Origin: Selaginella moellendorffii
Lineage: Eukaryota; Plantae; Lycopodiophyta
NCBI RefSeq assembly: GCF_000143415.4
Contig: NW_003314272.1
Span: 778,184-842,183, forward strand
DNA: 64,000 nucleotides
Reading direction: 5' to 3'
Shown: in pieces, positions 35,722-47,800 of the stretch
Numbering within the stretch: the first letter of the stretch is position 1
Layout of the letters: each line of letters begins with the position of its first letter
The notes under the pieces: generated by a model
Database searches by the model: none
What the model saw: only the letters and a program-made list of their open reading frames with translations
What the model was told of the DNA's origin: nothing
Program-made: the position numbers and the translations under genes

Positions 35722-38700
35722 TATGAGACACAAATCCCTAAGCCCAAAGTGGAGCCGAAAGGGTGCCACGTGGTAGTGGCCGAAGTGAAAGCCAAATGAG
35801 CGTAACACGTTTGAACTAAAAGCTCCGACTTGAAGAGTCGAGAGCAGGAGTGGAACTCCCAATAGAGTGCTCAAGGAACAAGCATGAAGTGAGCAATAAG
35901 AGAGTCTCTAGAAAAGGGACACAAGAGGGCCCGAGATGGACTAGAGATGGACTCGAGATGGAGTCTGCGATGGACCTGAGATGGACCCGAGATGAACACA
36001 AGATGGAGTCCAAGATGGAGTCTAAGATGGATCCGAGATGGATCCAAGATGGATCCAAGATGGATCCGAGATGGAGTCCGAGATGGAGTTTGAGATGGAG
36101 CCGAGATGGAGTCCAAGATGGAGTTTGAGATGGACTAAGATGGAGTCCAAGATAGAGTCCAAGATGGAGTCTGAGATGGACCAAGATGGAGTCCGAGATA
36201 GAGTCCAAGATGGACCGAGATGGAGTCAAGATAGACCGAGATGGAGTCCGAGATGAACCCAAGATGGAATCCGAGATGGAGTCCGGGAAGGACCCAAGAT
36301 GGAGTTCGAGGTCGAGACTGAGACTGAGACCGAGACCGGGACCGGGACCAAGACAGAGATCCAGACCAAGATTGGGCTGAAGCCGAGACCGAGCCTGAGT
36401 CTGAGTCCGAGTCTGAGTGTGAGTTTGAGTCCAAGTTCAAGTCCTAGGGTGAAAGCCCAAAGCGTTCGTCTCCCAAACCCTAGGGGTTTTGGTGAGCTCC
36501 AAAAGTATAGTAGGGGGAGGACACTAGTGGAGCCAGTTTGGCCAAGAAAGGCCAGTTTGGCCCAGGAAAGCTATACCTAGGTGTTGAGTGATGGGACAAC
36601 CATTGGGAAGTCCAAGGCTAAAGTGAATATGGACCGACAAATAGGGTAGCTTGGTGATTTGTTCAAAAGCCAATTATAGTTCCCACGGGAGATTGAATGG
36701 TTGATGCTCCTAGTCCAAGTGTGGGTGGCACTACTTACTTGGATACCTGGTGTGGCTCAATGGAACCTCACTCTAAGCCCATGGCTAGAGCACCAAAAGG
36801 CAGAAGGTGGGGAGAGTACCCATGAGGCTTGTGTAGGGCCCTAGTGTTCCGAAATGTTGTCCCAAAGTCCCAGACTATGGAAAGGAAGGGGTTTGTCCTC
36901 TAGTGTAGTGACCAAGACTATAGTCACATGGTGTGGAAGTCCCAAAGGATAGTGGGACTTAATGGTCGGGTTTATGAGCCTTGTCCTAATGGCAGTGTCG
37001 GCAAATACAACCATGGACAAAAAGGGATTTGGTGGGGATTGGAAAAAGGACATTGGGGAAGACTATTCCCCATGTCTGTGGGCATCCTAAGGATGCTTAT
37101 GAGTGGATTTGGAATGACCACTCATGGATGGATGGCCCAGTCTGTGAAAGGCGAGATTGTGATGCAAGTGGCATTGGACTATCAGTGTGGCAAAGGTGAA
37201 TGGATATAGCCTTTGTGTAATAGGCCAATATGTAGGTGGTACCTTTGAGTGTTGGTCATGGGATCAGACACGTGGAGCACTTGGACTGAGTGCAATGGTT
37301 AAGTGGCATGGATGCCATTCTTGGGGTTAGAAAGTCCCTAAGTCCAAAATAGGACTTACGGAGGTTGTGAGTGAGACTCCTCCATGCAGTTGGAGATGTG
37401 GTTAAGTGATTAAAGTAGAATGGAAAAATTAATTGCTTACAATTTGGTATCAAAACTATTCCTTAATCCAACTTTTATTGATGCTCAAGTATATCACCAC
37501 TAGTATTGGCATTAAAAGGTCCGAGGAGTGGGCCTATCCTTAGGGAGTAGTAGGTCGGGAAGACATAGCTCTCCACTACAGTTCATGTGTGAACTTGTAG
37601 GTGAGGTGGTGGATAGAAAAGGGCTAATAATAGAACGACTTTGGGATCTTGGGAACAGTATAAAATTTTCCTCAGAGAGTTGAGAATGTGATCCAAATAA
37701 GCATTTGACTTAGCAAAATGGCTAATGTAGTTGTGATAAACAACTATAGTTGGGATCACAGGAAAGATAGGGACTCCAAAACAATAAAGGAGTCACAAGA
37801 TTATCCTCGTGTAGTTGAGGCTAGCACTTATGAATGTGAGACTAGAACTAATGACCGTGAGAGGTCAAATACGGATGAGGACACAAGTCCTTCAAATGGT
37901 AGTCGAGGCTACCTTTTATAAATGTTGAAACAAACCCAAGGAGTTGGGGGGTGTGCTTAGAGGATGAGTTAGTATTCTCATCATATGGATTGATAGTCCT
38001 AAGGGGCAAAGGTAGCCCATAGGGAACGGAAAATAATAAAATGTTGGAGTAACACTTGTAAAGATGGTTTTTGTGAGTAGGACATGAATACACAAAGTTG
38101 TATTCCAATGAGCTGGCACCTCAAAAATAGAATCTTATGGGTCATTGGATTTGCAAAATCCAAAAATACTAGATGACTCAAGTAGAGTCAGGGAATGGTG
38201 CTAAGGGATTAGTAAAAGCATTTGGATTGAGGTGTATTGTGCCCCACGAAGGATGAGGAGGATCATAAGATCCAAGTATGAGAATAGTGGGTATCTTATT
38301 GATGGCAGATTGTGCCATACTAAAGACGTATGAAAGGTGTTCCCAAAGAAAACAACTTTGACACAAAGTGGCGTGTAAACTCTATGGTGCAGTGGTAACG
38401 GATTGTTGGCATGAGAAGGAATTGTATTAGTCTTAGCAAAGACCTAGACACAAGAAAGAAGTATTATAAAGGTAGGCTCGTAGAGCTGACGATGTGGAGA
38501 TATTGAATGTGCTAAGGCGTGATGCCTTGAGGTCAAGTTGGCGGGTTCATGAGAGCCCTTCCCAAAGGAATCCTAATGGAAATAGGAATGGCATAGTTTA
38601 AGCTGGAAAGCATGGGTGTGATGACCTAAATAATGATGGAGGTGTGGAAACACTAACAATGAGTTGTAGAACTTGATCACTATGAGGCACCTTAGCAAAA

Positions 38701-40897
38701 AGTGCAAAATAATTAGTTAAGTTGGTAGAAGGTAATTACCCAAGACTTCTTATAGGATAAAGAAGTTAGATATACCCTTATAGGGGATATGTTTCAATAT
38801 AGTGAGTTAATGTCTTAAAAGGAATGCTCATTGTTAAAGGGGGCATCATTGGGACACTTAAACACTCTAGAACACTAAGAAGTGATGTTTGGTGTTGTGA
38901 GGGCAATAGATCCCTTAGGCCCAAGGGATTAAATCCCTAGCGAATGAGGGATAGGAAGTGCTATCCAAATGTCCAAGGTTATGGAAACAAGAGAAGTCCA
39001 TTTACCCGAATTGGACAAAGCCAAAATGGGATTTTGGCAAGGCTAGTGAAGGAACCACTCCCTAGGCTATTGGGTAGGTTCATCCCTAAAAATACTTACT
39101 AAGGCATGGTAGAAAATGTAAAGCTATCTTCATGAGAATAATTAAAGGAAATGTGTGAGGCCCAAAAGTAAGAGTATAACCAAGAGTGGTTATGTAAGTT
39201 GGGAGTGGGGAATCAAGTGGGCGCTCAAGCATGTTGTTATTGTGATGCCATAGAGAGTTTAAAATATGGAATTGTCCATATTAAACCATATAGTAATTAG
39301 AAAGCTTGCAAAAAGAAAGGCCTTAGCAAATTAAGGGACAAAGTTCCTTCAAGGTTTCCAAAGACAATTCTAGGTAACTTAATATCTAAAAGGCCAAGTG
39401 TAAATGGTTCAAAGAACGCGTGAAATTAGAGTGGCACAGCAGAAATATGGTCTTAAAGCTTGCCATAAGGTAAGGCTATCAAAGTTAAGGAAGTAATTCC
39501 CAAAGTGTTCAAAGAGAGTGCTTTGAACGAAAGTCGATAGTTAAGGACTTTCACGCTTGTGCATGAACCATGTTACAATGGTTGGATGACTTGCTAAGTG
39601 AAATTGGCAAGTCAGGGGAACAAATACCCTAGTTGAAGGTGTTAAATTCAAAAGGGGTGGCCTATGGGGCCAAGCATGGAGGAGTCCATGCATAATCATA
39701 GACATGTCAAGTGAGAAGACTTAGCAGTATGGAAGAACTAAGTTCCTAAGTTGTGATCTGTAATGCACTTTAAATATAAGTTGGTGCACTAGTGTGGGGA
39801 GTCATGCCAAACATCCTAGGTGATGCCTTTCGTAGATGCATATACGGAAGTTGAGTTTGAGTCCCGACCTTTTAGTGTTCGAGTGCCAAATCACTAGGGC
39901 GTGGTGATGGTTTGGAATATGAGGACACTCATATTTTGGTGGTCATAGACTCTCAATGAGGAGATTAGCTTGGGCACACCGCCAAGCCGAGGATGCCTTG
40001 GAGTCATGAGGCACGGTTAGATTGTTTAGAGTGAAAACTTGGTATATCTAACTTGAACACTTTTATGCAAGTGGCACCAAGAACATAGTGAATGAGATGG
40101 GGACACCCAACTACGGTTGCTATAGATCCTTGGTTGGAAGGGTTGGCTTGGGCACACTGCCAAGTGTGGGGGATGCCCCCAGGGTCATAGTTAACAATTT
40201 AAAAGGGTCTGGAAGGTTTAGTACCTATTGGCAAATCTGTTAAGGTATCAAGATTAGATCACCAAGTGATCTTATGGCTAAACAAAGATAAAGTCTTTGT
40301 GAGGTTAAGGAAGAAGGTCCTTAGTTCAAAGTGTTGACTTGAACTATTGATAATGGTGTGACTTGGTCAAGGTGATCAAGTGGGAAAGACACCAAAAGGG
40401 AAATCAATGTGTCAATGGGATGGTATATTGAGTCCAAGAAAGTAGTCTTTAGGAAAGACCCATAAGAGGTTTGAAAAGTTGGGCTGTCGATGGAGCTCGT
40501 AACAAAAAAATGCTAAAGAGATTTATTGAGGGTGAGCACCCTATGGACATGGCAAAATGGAGCCTTTGCCATGGAACTAAAATGATACCTCGAGAATGAA
40601 GGTAGTGATTCTATGTTACTTGGTGCAACCATCGAAGGATATAAGCAAAAGATTAGTGGCCAAGTGTGGGCTATGGAATTCGTTAGAAAGAATCCAAATG
40701 GCAACATTAGACGAAGAATACTATACTAACGAATATTGCGAAAAGAAGTGTGTTTCCAAGGATGGATTATCAAATGCTCCAATTTGGCAAGGATGAAAGG
40801 TCCCAGGGAGGGAGTGGCAAGGTAGCCAAATGATAGGACCATGAACACTTAGCACAACTTATGATAATTGGGAACTTAGTACTAAAGGTGGCATGAA

Positions 40898-41543
40898 NNN
40901 NNNNNNNNNNNNNNNNNNNNNNNNNNNNNNNNNNNNNNNNNNNNNNNNNNNNNNNNNNNNNNNNNNNNNNNNNNNNNNNNNNNNNNNNNNNNNNNNNNNN
41001 NNNNNNNNNNNNNNNNNNNNNNNNNNNNNNNNNNNNNNNNNNNNNNNNNNNNNNNNNNNNNNNNNNNNNNNNNNNNNNNNNNNNNNNNNNNNNNNNNNNN
41101 NNNNNNNNNNNNNNNNNNNNNNNNNNNNNNNNNNNNNNNNNNNNNNNNNNNNNNNNNNNNNNNNNNNNNNNNNNNNNNNNNNNNNNNNNNNNNNNNNNNN
41201 NNNNNNNNNNNNNNNNNNNNNNNNNNNNNNNNNNNNNNNNNNNNNNNNNNNNNNNNNNNNNNNNNNNNNNNNNNNNNNNNNNNNNNNNNNNNNNNNNNNN
41301 NNNNNNNNNNNNNNNNNNNNNNNNNNNNNNNNNNNNNNNNNNNNNNNNNNNNNNNNNNNNNNNNNNNNNNNNNNNNNNNNNNNNNNNNNNNNNNNNNNNN
41401 NNNNNNNNNNNNNNNNNNNNNNNNNNNNNNNNNNNNNNNNNNNNNNNNNNNNNNNNNNNNNNNNNNNNNNNNNNNNNNNNNNNNNNNNNNNNNNNNNNNN
41501 NNNNNNNNNNNNNNNNNNNNNNNNNNNNNNNNNNNNNNNNNNN
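40898..41543. other. Assembly gap
   Basis: Run of N. Confidence 1.
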
Positions 41544-42054
41544 CATATACGGAGGTTGGGTATGAGTCCCAACCCTCTAGTGCTTGGGTTCGAATCCCAA
41601 CGCACTAGGGCGTAGTGATGGTTTGGAATATGAGGACACTCATTTTTTGGTGGTCATGGACTCTCAGTAAGAAGACTAGCTTGGGCACACCGCCAAGCCA
41701 GGGATGCCCTGGAGTCGTGATGCACAGTTAGATTAATTAATGTGGCTTGGCATATCTAACTTGAACACTTTGGTGGGAGTGGGACCAAGGACGTGGTGAA
41801 TAAGATGGGGACACTCAGTCTTAGTTGCTATAGACCCTTGGTTGGAAGGGCTAATTTGGGTGCACCACCAAGTGTGGGGGATGCCCCTGGGGTCATAGTT
41901 AACAAGTTAAAGGTCTGAAAAATTTAGTATCTATTGGCAAACCTATTAAGGTGACCAAGGTGAAATCACTAGGTGATCTTATAGCTAAATAAGGATAAAG
42001 TCCTTGTTTGGTTAAGGAATAAATTTCTAATTCAAAGTGGTGATTTGAACTATT

Positions 42055-42342
42055 ATGCTTTATTTCGTTAAAGTGGGACTTTTCATTATCCCACTTATGG
42101 TGTGTGGCCATATGCTATTTTTATAACAACAATAAAAAATTGAAGTTTTGACTTTATAATTTATAAATTAAAAACTTTTCATATGATTTTGTGTTATAAT
42201 ATTGTGAAATATAAAAAAATAAATTAAAAAACTGATAGAAATATTAATAAATATTAATTAAGTACTAGGAAATGGCATGTGGACACATGCTAATTAATGT
42301 CCCATTTTACTGAATAAGTCCCACTTTAACGAAATAAAGCAT
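42055..42342. mobile_element. MITE, 288 bp, 27-bp perfect TIRs
   Basis: ATGCTTTATTTCGTTAAAGTGGGACTT at 42055-42081 and its reverse complement at 42316-42342, flanked by TATT. The empty site gaactattgata is present in the paralogous copy near 40341. Confidence 0.92.
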
Positions 42343-44287
42343 TATTGATAATTGTGTAACTTGGTCAAAGTGACCAAGTGGGAAAAACACCAAAAAGGGA
42401 AATCAGTGGTGTCAATGCGATGGTATAGTAAGTCCCAAGAAGTAATCTCTAGGAAAGACTTATGAAAGGGTCGCAAAGTTGGGTTATAGATAAAGCTTAT
42501 AGTAGAGAATGCTAAAAAGACTTACTAAGGGTGAGCACTCTATGGACTTGATAAAGTGGAGCCCTTGCCATGGAACTGAAAGAATACCTCAAGGATGGAG
42601 TTAGTGAGCCTATGTTGCTTGGTGCAACAATCAACAGATAGGAGTAAAAAACTAGTGGCCAAGTTTGGGCAATGGGATTTATTAAAAGAAATCCAAATGG
42701 CAAAGTTAGCCGAGGAACACTAATGTGTTGGATGCTAATGGATTGTGGGAAAGGAAGTGTGCTTCCAAGGATGGATTCCCAAGTGTTCTAATTTGGTGAA
42801 GTGAAATTTCCAAGGCAGGGAGTAGCAAAGTAGCTAAATGATAGAGACATGAACAACCCTAGCAAAAATTATAATAACTAGAACTTAATGCTAAAAGATG
42901 GCAAGAAATAGAAAAGATGATGATGGTGTTTTCAAGTAAAGAATTTCCTAGTAGGGAAAAGTGGCATTTGCACAGTATGTGCAATGCAAGGTGTCAGAGA
43001 CATCTAAGAAATTGACTTTAAGAAGTCAAAATTAAAAATTCTAAAGTGCAAAAGTTATATCAAGAGAAACTAAAACTACTCGAGAACGAGTAGTGGGATT
43101 GAGAAAGAGAAGGTGTCTCTAACAAATTTAACGAGAACTAAACTAATAAAAGGGAGAGAACTACCTTAGATGGTTGAATTAGTCTCTATGTTGGAGAGAC
43201 TATGTTCTTTAGAGGTTGGACAAGGCATGGTGAGCCTTTCGTGTCAAACCAATTGATGAATATTGGCTAGGTGCCAAGGATGGAAAGGCTAATACATGCT
43301 AGCATTACTTTATAAAATAGTTTATCATTTGATGAGGACATCGAACTTCGTCTATGGGTGGTGGAGTTGTGAGATACAAATCCCAACACCCCAAAGTGGA
43401 GCATAAAGGGTGCCACATGGTAGTGGCCAAAGCAAAAGCCAAACAAACATAACACATTTTGACTAAAAGCTCCGACTTGAAAAGTCGAGAGCGGGAGTGG
43501 AACTCCCAACAAGGATCTAAGATGGACCCAAGATGGAATTCGAGATGGAGTCCAAGGTGGACCTGAGATGGACCCGAGATAGAGTCCAAGATGGAGTCCG
43601 AGATGGACCCAAGATAGAGTCCGAGATGGAATCCAAAATGGAGTTTGAGGTGGACTTGAGATAGACATAAGATGGAGTTCGAGATAGACCTAAGATGGAG
43701 TCCGAGATGAAGTCTGAGATGCACTTGAGATGGAGTCCGAGATGGAGTTTGAGATGGACCTGAGATGGACCCGAGATGGAGTCCAAATGGACCCGAGATG
43801 GACCAAAATGGAGTCTAAGATGGACTTGAGATAGACCCGAGATGGAGTCTAAGATGGAGTCCGAAATGGAGTCTGAAATGGACCCGAGATGGAGTCCAAG
43901 ATGGACCCGAGATGGAGTCCAAGATGAAGTCCGAGATGGACCCGAGATGGAGTCCGAGATGGACCACAGATGGAGTCCGAGATGAACCCGAGATGGAATT
44001 CAAGATGGACCCGAGATGGAGTCTGAGATGGAGTTCAAGATGGAACTGAGACCGAGACCAAGATTGAGACCGTCCAAAAGTATAGTAGGGAGAGTGTGGG
44101 GATTGGACCCAGTTGAGCCAGTTTAGCCAAGAAATGCTAGTTTGGCCAATAAAGGCCAGTTTGGCCCAGGAAGGCCATACCCAATTGTTGGGTGATGAGA
44201 TGACCACTAGGAAATCCAAGGCTAAAGTGAATATAAACTGACAAGCAAGGTAGATTGGTGAAGTGTTCAAAAGCCGGCTTTAGTTCC

Positions 44288-44851
44288 TGTGAGACACAAA
44301 ATCCCTAGGCCCCAAAGTGGGGCCGGAAGGGCGCCACATGGTAGTGGCCGAAGCGAGAGCCAAACGAGCGTAACACGTTTGGACCAAAAGCTCCGACTTG
44401 AAAAGTCAAAGAGCGGGAGTGGAACTCCCAACGAAGTGCTCGAGGAATAAGCATAAAGCGAGCAAAAGGCGAGGCTCCAAAAGGGGACCCAAAAGGACCA
44501 ACACATGACACATGGGAGTGTCCGAGATGGACCCGAGTTGGAGCCCGAAATGGAGTCCGAGATGGAGTCCGAGATGGAGTTCGAGGTGGACCCGAGATGG
44601 AGTCCGAGATGGAGTTCGAGGTGGACCCGAGATGGACCCGAGTTGGAGTCCGAAGTGGAGTCCGAGATGGACCTGAGATGGAGTCCAAGATGGAGTCCGA
44701 GATGGAGTCCGAGGTGGACCCGAGATGGACCGAAATGGAGTCGAGATGGACCGAGATGGAGTCCGAGATGGAGTCCGAGATGGACCCGAGATGGACCCGA
44801 GATGGAGTCCGAGATGGAGTCCGAGATGGAGTCCGAGATGGAGTCCGAAGT

Positions 44852-44883
<32 letters not shown>

Positions 44884-47800
44884 GGACCGAGACCGAGACC
44901 GAGGCCGAGGCCGAGACCGAGCCCGCGCCCGAGTCCAAGTCCAAATCCGAGTCCGAGTCCGAGTCCGAGTCCGAGTCCGAGTCCGAGTCCGAGTCCGGAG
45001 CCTGAGAGGGTGAAAGCCCAAAGCGTTCGTCTCCCAGACCCTGGGGGGTTTGGTGAGCTCCAAAAGTATAGTAGGGGGAGGACTGCAGTGGAGCCAGTTT
45101 GGCCAGGAAAGGCCAGTTTGGCCAAGGAAGGCCGGACCCAGTGTTGGGTGATGAGCTGCCCACTGGGAAGTCCAAGACTAGAGTGAACACGGACCGACAA
45201 GCGGGGTAGCTTGGTGAAGTGTTCAAGAGCCGGCTCTAGTTCCCCTGGGAGATCGACTGGCCGATGCTCCTAGTCCAAGTGTGGGTGGCACTACCTACTT
45301 GGATACCTGGTGTGGCTCAATGGAACCCGCTCTAAGCCCATGGCTAGAGCACCCAAGGGCAGAAGGCGAGGAGAGTACCCAGGTGGCTCGCGTAAGGCCA
45401 CGGTGTTCCAAAATGTTGTCCCAAAGGCCCAGACTGTAGAAAGGAAGAGGAGCAGTCCTCTGGGGTAGTGACCAAGGACACAGTCGTGTGGTGAGCAAGT
45501 CCCAAAGGACTGTGGGACTCAGTGGTCGGGCCTGTGGGTCTCGATCCAGTGGCAGTGTTGGCAAACACGACCAGGGGCAGAAAGGGACTTAGTGGGGATT
45601 GACAGAGGGATATTGGGGAAGGCTATTCCCCTTGTCGGTGGGCATCCTAAGGATGCTAAGGAGTGGATCTGAGATGACCACTCATGGATGGTTTGCCTAG
45701 TCTTGGAGAGCCAAGACAGTGATGCAAGTGGTATTGGACTACCAGTGTGGCAAAGGTGATTGGGCATGGCCTTAGCATAACGGGCTGCTATGTCGGTGGT
45801 ACCTTTGAGTGTTGGTCATGGGATCGAACACGTGGAGCACTTGGACCAAGTGCAAATGTTGAGTGGCATGGATGCCATTCTCGGGGCTAGCAAGTCCCAA
45901 GTCCTGGATTAGACTTATAGAGGTTGTGAATGAGACTCCTCCAAGTGGTCAGAGGTGTGGTTAAGTGACTAAAGTAGAATGGGAAATTTAGTCGCTTACA
46001 ATTTGGTATCGGAGCTGTTCCTTAGTCTGACTTTTATTGGTGCTCAAGTATATCACCACTAGTGTTGGCATCGGAAGGTCCGAGGAGTGGGCCTATCCTT
46101 GAGGAGTAGCAAGTCGGGAAGACATGGCTCTCCATTACAGTTCATGTGTGAACTTGTAGATGAGGTGGTGGATAGAAAAGGGCCAATAATGGAACGACTT
46201 TGGGATCTTGGGAACAGTGCAAGGTTTTCCTCATTGAGTTGAGGATGTGATCCGGATGAGCATTTGTCTCAGCAAATTGGCTAAGGTTGTTGTGGTAAAC
46301 AACTAAAGTTGGGATCACGGGAAAGATAGAGACTCCAAAACAATAAAGGAGTCACAAGATTATCCTCATATAGTTGAGGTTGGTACTCATGAATGTGAGA
46401 CCAAAGGTAATGACCGTGGAAGGTCAAATACGGAAGAGGACTCAAGTCCTTGAAATGATAGCCGGGGCTACCTTTAATAAATGCTGGAACAACCCAAGGA
46501 GTTGGGGGGTGTACTTAGAGATGAGTGGGATTCTCATCACATGGACAAGTAGTCCTAAGGGGCAAAAGTTGCCCCCAGAGAACAAAATCAAGTGTCGGAG
46601 TAACACTTGTGAAAATAGTCCTTTTGAGTAGGACAGGAATGCAAGAAGTGTATTCCAGTGAGCTAGTGCTTCACAAGTAGGACCTTACGGGTCTATGGAT
46701 TAACCAAGTCCAAAGCTGCTGGATGACTCAAGTAGAGTCAACAGATGGTCCTAAAAGGACTGATGGAAGCATTTGGACTGAGGTGTGTTGTACCCCACAA
46801 CGGATGGGGGGGGATCATAGGATCCAAGGATGAGAACAAAGGGTATCTCATCGATGGCAAAATGTGCCATGCTAAAGTTATGGGAAAGGTGTTCCCAGAA
46901 GAAAACAACTTGACATAAAGTTGTGTGTAACCTCTATAGGGCAATGCTAACGGATGGTTGGCATGAGAAAGAGCAGTGTTGGTCTTGGCAAAGACATAGA
47001 CACAAAGGGGAAATGTCATAGAGGTAGGCTCGTGGAGCCAATGGTGTGGAGACACCAAATGTGCCAAGGTGTGATACCTTGAGGCTATGTTGGTGGGTTC
47101 ATGAGAACTCCTTGCCAAAGGAATCCCAATGGAAATGGGAATGGCATAGCCTAAGCTGCAGAGCATGCAGTTGGAGTGTGGTGACCCAGATAATGATGGA
47201 GGTGTGAAAGCACCAAGCAATGAGTTGTAGGACTTGACAACTATGAGGCAACTAAGCAAGAGGTGCAAAATAACTGGTTAAACGGGTAGAAGGTAGCTAC
47301 CCAAGACTTCTTAATAGTATAAGGAAGTTGGATATACCCTTACGGGGGATAAGTTGCTTGTGTTGCGATATAGTAAGTCAATGTCATAAAAGGAAATACT
47401 CATTGTCAAGAAAGCCATCATTGGGACACCCGGACACTCTAGAACACCAGAAGGTGGTGTTTGATGTCGCGAGGGCAATGGATAAAGCCCAAGGGACTAA
47501 GTCCCTAGCGAATGATGGATAGAAGGTGCTATCCAAATGTCCAAGGTTGCGGAGACAGGAGAGGACTGTCTACCCGAGTTGGACAAAGCCAAGAATGGAA
47601 TTTTGGCAAGGTTAGTGATGGGCATGTAAAGGCCCATAAGCAACAATGTAATCCCAGTGTGTGGGATTATAAGGTGAGCATACCCGGATTGAGGAACCAC
47701 TCACTGGGCTATTGGGTAGGTTCATTCCTAAGAATACTTGCTAAGGCATGATAGAAAGTGCAAAGCTATCCTCCTGGTCTGGAGGAGAATAACCAAAGGA

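Larger units (their letters stand above)
35722..44287 (+). mobile_element. Nested older copies of the satellite-LTR family
   Basis: LTR about 35722-37441, PBS at 37445, internal region across the N gap (sequence after the gap repeats about 39840-40897), PPT and a new LTR from 43368. That LTR is cut at 44287 and resumes at 51698-51970. Confidence 0.85.

Noticed and set aside
40770-41615. ORFs of X residues
   Set aside because: Artefacts of the N gap.
44520-44998. Possible CRISPR-like array
   Set aside because: Contiguous tandem units with no unique spacers, inside a eukaryotic LTR.
44267-45226. RD/RS/PS-rich ORFs up to 319 aa, also near 36, 43.5 and 50 kb
   Set aside because: Translations of stop-free LTR satellites in all frames; no evidence of real proteins.
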